From the human T2T-CHM13v2.0 reference genome, Homo sapiens: a DNA stretch of 64,000 bases. The DNA is taken from NCBI RefSeq assembly GCF_009914755.1, contig NC_060940.1; one strand, written 5' to 3'. The notes below the pieces were generated by a model. The model did not search any database. It was not told the origin of the DNA and saw nothing but the letters and a program-made list of their open reading frames with translations. The translations under genes and the position numbers were made by a program. Positions within the stretch are counted from its first letter, which is position 1; every line of letters starts with the position of its first letter. This document shows positions 47,496-63,327 of this stretch, piece after piece.

Positions 47496-47797
47496 GGCTG
47501 GGTGTGGTGGTTCATGCCTACAATCCCAGCACTTTGGGAGTCTGAGGCAGGAGGATTGCTTGAGCCCAAGAGTTTGAGATCAGCTTGGGCAACAGAGTAA
47601 GATCTCATCTCTACAAAAAAACTAAAAATTAGCCAGTTGTGGTGATATGCACCTGTAATCCCAGCTGTTCTGGAGGCTAAGGTGGGAGGATCACTTGAAC
47701 CCAGGAGGTGGAGGTTGCAGTGAGCCAAGGTGGTGTTACTGCACTGCAGCCTGGGTGACAGAGCAAGACCCTTCCTCAAAAAAGAAAAAGAAAAAGA
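47496..47797 (+). mobile_element. Alu (AluJ-like)
   Basis: TSD gaaatgag. Confidence 0.9.
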
Positions 47798-48619
47798 AAT
47801 GAGATAAGGTACATAGATAAGTCAGCTTAGTGCCTGATAATGTAACAGAAGCTTAGCAAGTAGTAGCTATTGTTTTTGATGTTACAGTTACTGATACTAT
47901 TATTGCAAAAACTTCATGTTTGATGGTCGCCTGATGTCACTTTTCCTAGTTCAGCAGAAAGAGGAAGCTCAGGCATAGAAGGCATTAATTCACTGACCAT
48001 CAAACCCCTGCTGCATTTCAGTCAGTGGTTCTTCTAGAAACTACCTTTAAGTCTTTGTATCAGCGTCCGTCCCTCCACCTTCTCCCTGGATCCCCAGTGA
48101 GGAGACCCATTTGTGTGCAGTCCCTGTCATCCGATCTCCACCTGCGGTGTTGGCAGCCTGGCCTCCATGCAGAGGGCTTTCTGTTGAAAGGGCTTGAACT
48201 TAACATTTTAAACACTGAACACTGAAATCAAATATAACAAGATTTTGAAGCAAAGCTATAAAGTATGTTTTTTCAGAGAAATTTCTGGATGATGGCTTCA
48301 CAGCACCTGGTAGATCCCACAGCATGGTATCTCTTTGAAGTACAGGCAGATTGGCTTTCAAAGCGACCAGCCCAAGGTCCTCATCTTTCCAGATGGAAAG
48401 GTTTTGAACGGCTTCCTCCAGGGAATGTTGCTCCTTAGTTTGTCTCCCCTCTGCCCCTAGGACAGATGGTTTAGATCACGTGAGCATTATAAGGGTCTAG
48501 GTTCATCCAGTGTGAGCAAATGCATTTGTTTCCTTTGCGAAGAAGCTGCCAGCCACACCGAATCTAGGCTGCTCTTTTATATATATTTTCTTTGGGGAGA
48601 GGGAATTTTTTTTTTGTTT

Positions 48620-48759
48620 CATTTTTTAAGTTTTTAAAAATAGAGTTGGGGGTCTCACTTTGTTGCCCAGGCTGGTCTCGAATTCCTGGGCTCAAGCAAT
48701 CTTCCCACCTCCGCTTCCCAAAGTGCCGAGATTACAGGCATGAGCCACTGCGCCTGGCC
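48620..48759 (-). mobile_element. Alu left monomer (FLAM-like)
   Basis: Monomer only. Confidence 0.85.
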
Positions 48760-49681
48760 TATATATATTTTGCAAATACAATCATGGCATTTAAATTTCC
48801 ATTAATTTAAAAGAAGAAAAAGAAACCAAATTGAAACAGGAGGAATTATTGAAATTCAAATTTCTTTATCACAGGAAATATTATTTCTTAAAATAGCCAT
48901 CGGTTTAATACATTAGGAAATAAGAGGTTAGAGTTGCCATTTTTAAAAAACTCTAGTTTCCATTTGAGATGCATTTGGGGTTGACTTTCTGGTGTGGAAA
49001 ATTAGGCCACCCACATTGCCTGCCCTCTCCTGATTTTTGTTAGCTAAGCTAAGGGCTTAGGTTTATAGCATTGCATTCTGGTCCATCTCCCTAATGTGCA
49101 TAAATGCCTAGTATTTATTCAAACTTTAAGTGGCTACAGCGCTTACCATTAGACCTTTGATCACAGCTTGTCCATGCCTCTATCTTTATTTTGATTTCCT
49201 CTTTCATTGGTCTGGATTTTGTCACCTGGGTGATATTTTCTGAGAAGAGCTCATGAATGCCGTCTGTATTCCCTGGGTTTCTGGCTGTTTGAGATGGATG
49301 GTGTGTTACTTTCCAGTCTGGACCTCTTGGCTGGATACTTTATTCTCGAGTTAGACAGATGCTCCTCCGTTGTCTTCCAGCATCGAGTGCTGCTGTTTGT
49401 CATTGGCTTTTGGGAACCACATGTGTTCCAGGGATAGAGATGATTTTTCCAGGCAGCTGGCTGTCCAGGGTCCTCCACTCCACCATTCCCCGCCACTCCT
49501 CTAGGGAATTTATTTATTTGCAAGAAGGAGGGACAAAATTTAAACATAAATGTAAACGTATCATTTTTTTAAATTACAAAATTGGATGCCTGCTAATACT
49601 AAATAATTTTTTTAAAAACAAAGAAGAAAAGGAAAGTCCTGGAAAGGCTGTCAGAGAGATCATTGTTAATAGTTGGGTGCT

Positions 49682-49996
<315 letters not shown>

Positions 49997-50349
49997 CTAT
50001 TTTTCCAGACTTTTTCTATGCATATATGCATACCTACATGTATAGAAATTAACAATGATTTTAAAAATTGAGTTCGTGTTATATGTACATTTTTCAACAC
50101 GCTTCTTTTTACTTAAATGTATATCTTGATATCTGCCCAAAGAAGTACAAAAGTAGAGCTACCTCATTCTTTGTAAGAGCTGCCTGGGGCTCGGTGAACA
50201 CCCGCTCTATTAGATATTTAATCCGTCTCTCATTGATAACCATGTGGACCATTCTCTATTATAAAGGATGCCTCAACGATCTTTGTGTACTTAGGACTAA
50301 AGGATACATTCCTGGAAGGGCTAGGTCAGAGGGTATGCATATGATTCAT

Positions 50350-51360
<1,011 letters not shown>

Positions 51361-52309
51361 CCTTATTGTCTTCCCCATTGGTTGGGCCATGACAGATGCA
51401 AGAGAGTCTGTGTTATGCGTGGATAATCTAGAAGGAGCAAGGAGGAGTGGCGGAGTGCAGAAGTCACAGCTATGCCACTTAATCGCTGTGAGAAGTTGGA
51501 CCAGCATAAAGGCTGGTCACAGTTCCTCAAATTTGGGGGTATCTCCACAATTCAGTCACTCAGAATGTGGGGCTGCAACATAGTGACGGTCATGAAGAGG
51601 CCAGAGGAAGTCTCCTCAACTGACCATGGGTTCAAGGGTCCTAATGCCTCATCCAAATCCTTCCTGAAACTGGCCATGTTTGGTGGCTGCACTCTGCCTT
51701 AGACATCAGTTGGGACAATTTGGGGCCCTGGAACTGAGATTTCCTGGACAGTGACAGCAGTCTCCCAGCTAGGAACGTAATCCACAGTGACTGGGCAAGA
51801 GTAGGGGCTGCAGAGAGAGGGATGTGCCCATTGTTTTCTCACCCAGCCTTTCCCCCACCCCAGCAGAACAGAACCTAAGTTGACCTTATTTGAGAATTGG
51901 GAGTTGGGCCAAGCATAAGAGCCAATAGGCTATCTTGTTTTAACTAAATTCATGTTATCCCAGGGTTTTACTCTACCTATCTGTCTTACAGGGTTTTTCT
52001 GAGCATCAAAGGAGAGAAAGGGTTGAAAATGTTTTCTAGAGTACAGAGCATTATTCTACCGTAAAGGATTACTAGTTTTACAGCTGCCGAAATTGTTGTT
52101 AAACAGCAGGTCGCCTAGGAACTCATGTTGCCCTGGGAGGAGCAGTGAATCTGTTGCCCCTCCAACTGCCCACCACTGTCAGACTTTGAAGACATAAGCC
52201 ATGACCTCAGTCTGGTTTGCATGAAGGTTGCGTGAACCAGCTCAATACACTCAATTAGGAGACCTGGTGTTATTTTTTAAAACACCAGTGGTGAACCCGC
52301 ACTTGCTTT

Positions 52310-52525
52310 AATCGTTTCTCAGCCTTGACGTTTTGGCTGGATCATTCTTTGTTGTGGGGCTGTCCTGGACATTCTGTTATGTTTAGCAGCATCCCTGGTG
52401 TCCATGTAATAGATCCCAATAGGACACCTCTCCCCCAGTTGTGATCAAAAAAATCTCAAGTCATTGCTGGATGTCCCCTGGAGTTGGGTGGGGGGACAAA
52501 ATTAGTCCCAGTTCAGACCTCTGCT
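52310..52525 (+). mobile_element. MER20 hAT-Charlie
   Basis: gtttagcagcatccctgg…cccccagttgtga…gatgtcccctgg. Confidence 0.85.
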
Positions 52526-52753
52526 TTAAAGCAATTCTGCAAGGTAGGGATTTGTTCATCTATTTTTATGGATGTCAAGATGCAAGTCAGAGGAGGTAAG
52601 TAACTTGCTAAGGGTCCCATCACCAATGTCACCTCCAAGGTACATGAGGGCACTCTGCATCTGCCCACAGCCACCACCCAGTCATCAATGGAATCTATTC
52701 AGTCATTCAGCAGATACTGGTCGAGCACCTACTATGTGCCAGCCAGTGTTCTA

Positions 52754-52909
<156 letters not shown>

Positions 52910-53092
52910 TTAATTTTATTAAATGTGTATCACCAATACTTGGTATCAAGGGATGAAAGGGGGAGAACTCTAAAAAGAGACAGCTGTATTCGTTTCCTAT
53001 TTGCTGCTGTAACAACTTGCTGCAAACTTGGTGGCTTAGTTCTGGAGGTCAGAAATCCAAAATCAGTTTCACTGGTCTAAAATCAAGGCATT

Positions 53093-53150
53093 TAGCAAAC
53101 CTGCACGTTGTGCACATGTATCCTAAAACTTAAAGTATAATAATAAAAAA
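53093..53150 (+). mobile_element. 58-bp L1 3' tip insertion
   Basis: aaacctgcacgttgtgcacatgtatcctaaaacttaaagtataataa; 15-bp TSD taaaatcaaggcatt. Confidence 0.92.
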
Positions 53151-53845
53151 TAAAATCAAGGCATTGGCGGGACTGCATTCCTTCTGGAGGCTCGAGAGGA
53201 AAGCTCATTTCCTTGTCTTTTTCAGACTGTAGAGGCCACCTACATTCCTTGGCTTGTGGCCATGTCCTCCTGTTTCAAATCCAGCACTATAGCTCACTCC
53301 TCCCTGACCTCTGCTTCCATTCTTACGTATTCTCTATTTGATGTTGATCTTCCTGCTTCTCTCTCATAAGGACGCCTATGATTACACTGGACTCACCTGG
53401 ATAATCCAGGCTCCTGTCCTCATCTGGAGATTCTTCACCTAATCATATCTTCAAGGTCCCTTTGCCCTGTAAGGCAGCATCTCCTCAGCTCCCAGGGGCT
53501 AGGATATGGACATCTTTGGGGGCTATTTATCCAGCCTACCACAGCCCACCCTCTGTCCCCCAAAGATTCACCTCCATACCACATGCAGAATACATCCATC
53601 CCATCCCAAGTTTTCCAAAACTCTCAATCCATTACCGTAACAACTCAAGTCCAGAATATCATCTAAGTCTCGTCAGCTCAAAACTCCAAAATCTCATCAT
53701 CTAAATTGGTTATGGGTAAGACCCTGGGTATGACCTGTCTTGGGGCAAAATTTTTCTCATCTGTAGATGAGTGAAACTAGAAAACAAGTTATCTGTTCCC
53801 AAATACAATGGTGGATAGGTGTAGGATAACAGTTAACAACATTCC

Positions 53846-54199
53846 TGTATTAGTCTGTTCTCACACTGCTAATAAAGACATACCTGAGACTGGGTAATTT
53901 ATGAAGGAAAGAGGTTTAATGGACTCACAGTTCCACGTAGTTGGGGAGGCCTCACAGTCATGGCAGAAGGCAAAGAAGGAGCAAAGTCACAGCTTACATG
54001 GTGGCAGGCAAGAGAGCTTGTGCAGGGGAACTCCCCTTTATAAAATCATCAGATCTTGTGAGACTATTCACTACCACAAGAACAGTATGGGGAAACTGCC
54101 CCTATGATTCAGTTATCTCCACCTGGCCCTGCCCTTGACACATGGGGATTATTACAGTTCAAGCTGAGATTTGGGTGGGGACACAGTCAAATCATATCA
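53846..54199 (-). mobile_element. THE1 (THE1C/D-like) solo LTR nested in the MaLR internal region
   Basis: tgtattagtctgttctcacactgctaataaagac…gatttgggtggggacacag…atatca. Confidence 0.9.
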
Positions 54200-55403
54200 A
54201 AATTCCCATTTAAAAGAAGGGTAAATAAAAGGGAAAAAAGAGGAATCACCAAACCCAAGCAATTTTAAAGCCCAGCTGGGCAAACTGTTAGTTTTCAAGG
54301 CCTGGGAATAATTATCTGTGGTTCGGGGCTCTGTTCTCTTGGCCCACAGCTCCATCCTTGGAGTCATTCTTCCTTTTTCAGGAAGAGCAGCCTGTGTTTG
54401 TAGATGAGCCATTTCATCAGCCAATTTCCTGCCTGTAGAATTTTGGGGAGTCTGACAACCTTTCGTTTTGTTCTTTCTTTCTCCCATTCAGTCCAAGCTG
54501 GCAGTATTTCTCCTGGTATGACATTCTCAAAAGTCATGTGGGACTCCCATGTATGTCTCTAGGATTTGCTCCATTAGACAAGGGACTCCTCTGCAAATCT
54601 TTCCTGGAAAATCCCCTCTCTGTCCTGGCTTCTGCTGAAATGTCTAAGGGGATCCATGAGCCACATGTCTAATCTCCTGAAAGAGCCCTCCATACAAATG
54701 AATACTTTGCATTTTGCATCTTTCTGAGGTACAAGAAAAAAGGTTGTCCAGCCACACCTTTAGTTTTCTCTCCATAGCATACTTTTCTGACAGTGAATCT
54801 CCTAATTTTAGAATCTTCTGCAATCTGGATAGGCTGAAAATCATCCAAATTGCCAAGTCCTGGTTCCCTTTTCCTTAACAATTCTTCCCTCAGTCTGTCT
54901 CTTTCCTCTCACATTTTACTTTAAGCAGCAGGAGAAAAACAGACCAAATCTTCAGCACTTTGCTTGGAAATCTCCTGAGTTAAATATCCAAGTTCATGTC
55001 TTACATATTCTGCTTTCCACAGCACTGTAGGACACAATTCAGCTAAGATTCTACTGCTACATAACAGGATTCCCTGGGCTCCAGTTTTCAATTACATGTT
55101 CATTTCCTGAGTCCTCACCAGTGGTGCCTGTAACATCTATATTTCTATCATCGGTCTGTATAGGATGATTTCTCTAAGATGGTAAAAGTGTTCTATACAC
55201 TCAAGGTGTTCCTCACTTCCTCCTGAGCCCTCAGGAGTTCACAGGTTCTAGGGATTAGGATGTGGACATCTTTGGGGAGCCCTTATTCAGCCTACTGCAA
55301 TAACTATTAGGTTTATTGGTCAATTATCAAAGCTTTATTGATTGCTTCCCATTTTCTTAGAACTACATTGGATACTATATAGGCTACAAGGGGTAGTATA
55401 GCT

Positions 55404-55835
55404 AGGCTGACCAAACATACTGGTTTGCCCAAACAGTCCCATCTATATATATGTGTGCATGTGTGTGTGTGTGTGTGTGTATCTCCAGGCTAGAGTACAG
55501 TGGCAATCATAGCTCACTGCAGCCTCAACTTCCCAGGCTCAGGTGATCCTCCCACCTCAACCTCCCGAGTAGCTGGGACTACAGGCATGCATCACCATAC
55601 TCAGCTAATTTTTGTTTATTTTTTGTAGAGACAGGGTCTCACTGTGTTGCCCAGGCTGGTCTTGAACTCCTGTTCTCAACCAGTCCTTTTGCCTCGGCCT
55701 CCCAAAGTGATGGGATTACAAACATGAGCCACTGTCCCAGCTCCGTTTATACTTTTTGTCCCAGTGTAAATATAGTAGTGCTCGCTTTCTCTCTGAAATG
55801 TCTTGGTTTGGGTGATTCATGTCCTGGTCACTCTA
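55404..55835 (+). mobile_element. MER94-like hAT element split by an Alu
   Basis: TIRs taggctgacca … tggtcactcta. Confidence 0.7.
55441..55742 (-). mobile_element. AluJ with (TA)/(TG)n tail
   Basis: Reverse dimer. Confidence 0.88.
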
Positions 55836-56049
55836 AATATAGATCTTAATGCTTAGCCATAAGGAATCTACAATTTCATGTAGACAAAAGAAACATGAAA
55901 AAAATCTTGAAGCAGTTGTAGTTAAGTGCTAAATAGTATGACATTTAGATGCCGCTCAACACCCTGCAATATGCAGGTCAGCCCCTAACAACTACCTGAC
56001 AGACATTTTACCATCTGGAAGTTTAGGGTCATTTGGAGGCCTTTGGGAG

Positions 56050-56190
56050 TTCATATTTCAAAGTGTGGTCCCTGGACCAGCAGTGTCAGGATCACCTTAT
56101 TAGAAATGTAAATCCTCAGGCCCCATCCCAGACCCACTGAATCAGTGGGTGGGACTCCACAATCTGTTTGAACAAGCCCCAGATTTTAAC
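56050..56190. mobile_element. MER5A fragment
   Basis: caaagtgtggtccctggaccagcag…ctcaggccccatcccagacc. Confidence 0.75.
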
Positions 56191-56500
56191 AAACCATATT
56201 GTCTGTTTCTCTCTCCCTCTCCTTCACATGTGCACTCCCCCCCACCCCACCTTCCCCCGGCATCTCCGGGATACAAACACCACAGTTAATATTAACAACA
56301 TTGCTCTGTCCAGGGAGTTACTCATTTTCCCCTGCCCTTTGTTTTCTCGTCTTCAAAGCAGTGACATCACAAGGGTTGAGATAATATTGTTAAATGTTAG
56401 TTTGGGGAGAATAATTCTTTGGTTCAAATGATCTATTTTCAAATAAGTTTTTCTCAAGGTACCATATTTATCTCTCATCTCTCTTCTGGGCTTTTTGCAG

Positions 56501-56768
56501 GAGCTGAGAAGAAGCCTGGAACTTAGTGTAAATCTACAAAGGAAACAAAAGGATTGTTCCAGCGATGAGTATGACTCTATTGAGGAAGACATACTCTCTG
56601 AGCCTGAGCCAGAGGACCCGGCACTGGTGGGCCATCCCAGACATGACCGCCCTCCTTCCAGTGGCGACTGGACTCAGAAAGATGTTCACGGGGAACAGGA
56701 GACAGAAGGACGCTCTTCTCCAGGCCCAGACACCCTCGTGGTGCTGGAATTTAACCCAGCTTCCAAAA
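56501..56768 (+). CDS. KATNIP: KATNIP coding exon (likely exon 7), 268 nt, phase 0 to 1
   Basis: ctttttgcag|GAG, AAAA|gtgagc; ELRRSLELSVNLQRKQKDCSSDEYDSIEED…VVLEFNPASK(S). Confidence 0.96.
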
Positions 56769-57122
56769 GTGAGCTCTGTCTTGTATATCATTTCTTTGCC
56801 ATTGGTGTCTCTGCATCTAATAGCAGGACTTAAACTTCCAGTGGTCCTTTGAGTTCCTCTTTGGGTAGAGTGTCTCACAGGCCAGGGAGGTATATCAGTC
56901 AGGTCTCTGTTGATTGCAAGACGCAGAGCTTCCCAAAGGCTTCCTCAGGGCCCTGAAATTCCAGATGGTAAATTCCTGGCAGATAGTTGGAGGTGTCTGT
57001 TCTGTACACTGTAAGATGTTTTGCAGCATCTACATACCAGTTGGCTAATACAGACTAGCTTAAGCTAAGGGACTATTTATTGACTTGAGTAACTGAAAGG
57101 TTCTGAGATGTAGCAAGACTCA

Positions 57123-57292
57123 TTTTCTCCCCTCTCCCTCTTCGTCTTCTTTTCCCTCTCCGTCTCCATCTCTCTCCCATCTCCCCTCTTCCCTCTCCTT
57201 TTCCCTTCTGGCCTCTTCCCTCTGTCTTCTCCCATCTCCCTCTCCCTCTTGCTCTCCTCCTTCTCTGCTTTCCTGTGTCTTGCTTCCATTCT
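57123..57292. repeat. CT-rich polypyrimidine low-complexity tract
   Basis: ~170 bp, mostly C/T. Confidence 0.85.
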
Positions 57293-57891
57293 TAGTAGAC
57301 TATCCAACATACAAAGGCAGAATTGCCTTTAAATAAGACACTGACTTTGCAACCCCTCAGAAAGTGAATTTTTCTTTCCCAAAAGGCCCAGCAAAAGTCC
57401 CAGACCTGGTTCTCCAACCCACACGGGGTCACATGCTGTCTTGGATTGGATCACCGTGGCTCTGATGGGCCAGGTCCAGCCAATAGGACTAAGGGGTGTG
57501 GTTATCACCACCCAGCCACACGATAGTGCGGTAAAGCTCTCATCTCCAAAAGAAACTCAAGGTGAACCTGAAGGAGGGAGGATGCTGGCACGCAGAGACA
57601 GCAGTGTCCAATGGAGGAAGTTTGTCAAGAAAGATCTTGGAAAGTAGAACGAGCAAAACGATTGGTGAGGGGCAGGGAGGAGAGAGAAGGACTTGATGGG
57701 GAGAGGCCTACTTGCAACAGTCTTCATCCTCTGTTCCTAAGCTTTGACTCGGGCTGGCCTGGCCTCTGCCTGCACCTCTGTATCCTATTCATGTGCACCG
57801 TCAAAGCTGGGTGTGCCAAGAGAAGACAAACTTTTCTGAACCATGATGAACCTAAGGAAAGAGAAATGAGGGAATGTTTGGAATCAGACAG

Positions 57892-58570
<679 letters not shown>

Positions 58571-59283
58571 AAAATCCACACCCAATAACTGACATCTCCA
58601 GAGAAGACATTTGTCCATCAGACATGCTCTCACCATGTTTGTTCTCACCCCAGACACTTGCTTGAGCTGTTCCCTCTGCCCAGATGACCACAGTCCCTTT
58701 CCTCTCCACTCAGAACCCTGAAACCTGGCTCTCTGCTTTTCCCTCCAGACCGCACTCAGAAGTTGCTTATTCCACAAAGCCTTCTTCACACTCCCACCAC
58801 ATCCACTTGGGCCAGCCCTCCCCCGTGCTCCCATAGCATCATCATGGCGCTGGGTTCACTGGCCCCAGTTGTCTTTCTCTCCACCCACCACACCTCCCCA
58901 CCCACCAGCCTGTGGGCACAGGCTGGCTCTTACCCTCCACTTCTCCAGCATGCAGCACACGCCCAGCACATTGCAGCCCCTCAGGGAACCTTTGTCAAAT
59001 AAACAAAGGTGTTAGGCGCACCTGCGGGAGCAGCAAGTGGTCAGGGCAGTGTTAATAATGGTCCCACGTGGGACCCACTGGGCCTGCAGACAGCATGGCT
59101 GCAGGGGAGACGGGGAGGGAGGGGACAGGGCTCTAAAGAGGTGACTGAGTCTCCACCCTGGAAAAGCAGGGGACCTGACAGTCATTCCTGGGTGTGAAGA
59201 ACCAGGCCACAGAACAGCTGATGCCAGCACAGTTCGAGTGATACTGGGGCATAAAGTGAGAAGAGAGAATTTGAATTTCTTGA

Positions 59284-59901
<618 letters not shown>

Positions 59902-60170
59902 GCCTAGCCAGGAAACATTAAAATTTGAAAACCTGTGCATGTCCTAGAATCTTTTATGTACTTACCAAAATGTGGTGCTGGGCACACCATGACTCTCAGC
60001 AAACTTGTTTCGTCGCCTGCATTATTCACATCTCTAATCCCAAACTGCACAAAGTAGTTCCGTAGACATTTGTTGAATGAGTAAGTGAATGAATGATGAA
60101 CAAATGCCTGAACAGAATGCCCAACTTGCTTGCGCTCAGCGTCTTACATGAAACAATTGTTTTCCTACAG

Positions 60171-60302
60171 GTCATAAAAGGGAAAGGAATTTGTCTGCAA
60201 AGCGGAAGGACAATGCTGAGGTTTTCGTTCCCACCAAACCTGAGCCAAACCTGACTCCCCAAGCTCCTGCTGTATTCCCAGACCAGGAGAGGATGTGCTC
60301 CA
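60171..60302 (+). CDS. KATNIP: KATNIP coding exon (likely exon 8), 132 nt, phase 1 to 1
   Basis: ttttcctacag|GT, TCCA|gtaaga; (S)HKRERNLSAKRKDNAEVFVPTKPEPNLTPQAPAVFPDQERMCS. Confidence 0.95.
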
Positions 60303-60426
60303 GTAAGAGTTCCGGGGGCCCCTGAGCAGGGGAGCAGGGCTGCGACTGGGTCACTCTCTGGGGTGCCATGATGGGAGGCCGCACTTCATTACCCTCCTTG
60401 CAGAGGGCTAGCTGCCCTTTAGCAAA

Positions 60427-60812
60427 TGTATTAGTCAGGGGTCTGCAGAGGAACAGAATGAAAAGGATATGGAGGGAGAGTGAGAGAGAGAGCTTAGGAT
60501 AAGGAATTGGCTCATGCAGTTGTGGAGGAGCGAGTGCGCTGTGCAGGAAGAGCCTATGTCAGAGGTGAAGTCCAAGGCAGTTGACTGGAGAAGTCACCCT
60601 CACTTGGGGGAGGGCTGGTCTTTTTGTTTGATTCAAGCCGTCACCTGATTGGCCGAGGCCCACTCACATGGTGGAGGGCAATCTGCCTTACTCTCCTGAT
60701 GAATATGTTAATGTCATCCAAAAATGCTCCTTCAGAAACACTCAGAATAATATTTGACCAGATATCTGGGTTTCCTGTGGCCCAGTCAAGCCAACGCATT
60801 AAAGTAACCATG
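60427..60812 (-). mobile_element. MLT2 (ERVL) solo LTR
   Basis: tgtattagtcagggg…ggagggcaatctgc…tttgaccagatatctggg…cccagtcaag. Confidence 0.85.
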
Positions 60813-61477
60813 AGAGTGATTTTCTGATTCCACCACCAAGGTGTGGTTATCATTGAAAATTTCTTTTATTTTTGTTTTACTCTTAAATGAACTTGCTTAC
60901 TTCAGATGAGTAATAATATGTGCAAATGGTACACAATTCTGAAAGTACAAAAGAGTCGATGGTGAACAGACCAGCTTTGTCTATGTTCTAATGACATGAG
61001 AGGTTACATTTATTCACTACTTAGGATGACCCAGCCACTATCGTAAGCTTTTACTTCTACCATCTCACATAATCCTTATAACTAGACTTTAAGGTAGGTT
61101 CTGCAATTGTCCCCATTTCACAGACGAGGAACTGAGGCACACAACGTGCAAGTGGCAGCTGAGGCTTTGTAGCAGGGGCTACCATGTTGGTTTACATTTC
61201 AACAAGATTCTTCTGGCTGCCACGTGGAGCCTGGCCTATAGGGAGCTGGGGAGGATGCGAGGTGACCAAGGAAGAGACCAGGTGGTTCAAGATGTAGAGG
61301 GTGGGGGCTCAGTCTCGATGTTACCAGGGGATGGATCCAGACAGTAATTGGGCTTGCTAAGGAGCCAGTTGTAGGTATGAGATTAGTTGTGACTTTCTAT
61401 CCTAAATAACCTAGGGTAAGAACCTGGGCGCTGGGGAGCCTACAGTGATGGGGGGCCATGGCTTATCATGTGGCTGG

Positions 61478-61881
61478 GTGGCATGGTTTGAATATTTGCC
61501 CCCTCCAAGACTCATGTTGAAATTTAATCCCCAATGTGGCAATACTGAGAGGTGGGCCCTTTAAGATGTGAAGAGGTCATGAAGGCTTGTCCAGTGGATT
61601 AATGCATTCATGGGTTAATGGATTAAAGGGTTATCATGGGAGTGGGACTGGTGGTTTTATAGGAAGAAGAAGAGAGACCTGAGCTAGCACACTCATCCCC
61701 TCACCATGCACTGCCTCGAGACTCTGCAGAGTCCCCACCAGCAAGAAGGCCCTCGTCAGATGCGGCACCCTTGACCTTGGACTTCTCAGCTTCTATAACT
61801 ATAAGAAATAAATTCCTTTCCTTTTGATATTACCTAGTTTCAGTTATTCTGTTATAAGCAACAGAAAACAAGATTAAGGCA
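61478..61881 (+). mobile_element. MSTC/D-like MaLR solo LTR
   Basis: ctcatgttgaaatttaatccccaatgtgg…ctgttataagcaacagaaaac. Confidence 0.85.
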
Positions 61882-62077
61882 CTGGGATAGGATTTGAGTC
61901 TGTGTCACTAGCAAAGGAGACTGAGGCAACCCAGGTCCCGGAGTTGGGATCTGTGCATGCACAAGCCATGCAGTACCAAGACCCCTGTCCTAAGTCTCTG
62001 ATCTGCATCCTGCTTCAGCCTGTAGTGACCAGGAAGAACTGTGGCTAACTGGAGCCTGCATCCCAGTGGGGCCTTCA

Positions 62078-62162
62078 AAGTACCACAATCAGAGTGGCTT
62101 AAACAATGGAAATGTATCATCTCACAGTTCTCGAGGCTGGAAGTCTAAATTCAAGGTGTTGG
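62078..62162. repeat. 85-bp local direct copy of 63357-63441 (MLT1 segment)
   Basis: 5 mismatches in 85 bp. Confidence 0.92.
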
Positions 62163-63327
62163 AGGAGCCAGACTCCAGTGGGGCAGAGCTATCCCCAAAC
62201 TGGTTCCTGGGGACTTTTTGGTGGGACCCAGAGCCTGGAAAGAGGCCTGCCTGGGGCCCGAGGAAGGTAGGAGTGGGAGGCAACCCCTGTCGGCATGTCA
62301 AGGTTCCTGCAGCCAATAGCGTCACAGAGTTGTCACATTGTTAACTAGATAATGGAGAAATGATCTGTAGGGGAAAAGAGCCAAATAGAACATGAAAGAT
62401 GTCAGAAAAGTCTGGCGAATTTTGATTCTGTCAACTTTGGTGAGATGGGAGCTGGGAAAGGGAGAGAGAGGAGAAGGAGGTATGGGGCGAGATAAAGGCC
62501 TGAGTCTGCTTTCGGAGCTCCCTCAGCAGGTGGGGAGTAGGGGTGGCAGTCCCAGGTGCCATTGTTCCTTCTGCATCTCCTAGATTGGCCTCACCGACTG
62601 CTGTTCAGGTTGACAAGCCTCCAGTCTATCCTGCTGGTACTGTCTTCACTATCTGAACCAATCTAAATGGCTTTTCAGAAGTTCCTCCAAAACAAGTTGG
62701 TAAAAAAGTATGCCACTGCACGAACCCCCCTAGAGCCCCTAGTAGGGCAGGAGTGGCACGGTGGTGGTCGTGTACCTTTCCCAGCATCCTACTGAGCTAA
62801 CTGGGACTTCCCTCCTTTGTATATGTGCCAAGATTGCTATTTTTTCCATATTCAAGTAACAAAATTAAGGGTCAGTACTTACAAAGCACTGAACTAGCTC
62901 CCAAGCTGTGTGTAGGACTACATATGTAATCTTGCATTTAATCATCCACACAGCCCCGTGCAATAGGTACTGCTATTATCAATATTATTGTACAGAGGAG
63001 ATGGAGGCACAGAGAGGTTAAGGAATCTGTCCAAGATCACACAGCCTGTAAGTGATGAAGCCAGTATTTGAGAACCTGGGCTGCAGAATCTCTGCTCTTA
63101 ATTACTCCACTATAAGCCCCTCTTGTGCCAACTAAACTATTATTTGCTTAATTACCCACATTAATTACCACTTAATTAATACCCACGTCAGCCTAGTCCT
63201 AAGCAGTAACATGCCTGAAAATCAGAGGTTTGAGTCACTTGTTATACTTTTTTCTCATGCTCATCAATATATATATATTAGTATTTTAAAAGTTGAACCA
63301 TGTATCAACTAAAATCATCTGGCATAG

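Larger units (their letters stand above)
52985..55279 (-). mobile_element. MLT1-type MaLR relic: LTR (~52985-53543) + internal region + LTR remnant (~55235-55279)
   Basis: LTR end ggacatctttggg…cagcctac occurs twice, with MaLR-internal-like sequence between. Confidence 0.75.

Noticed and set aside
48277-48309. 33-nt open AG…GT segment (RNFWMMASQHL)
   Set aside because: Poor donor (CTG|gtagat) and short pyrimidine tract; expected by chance.
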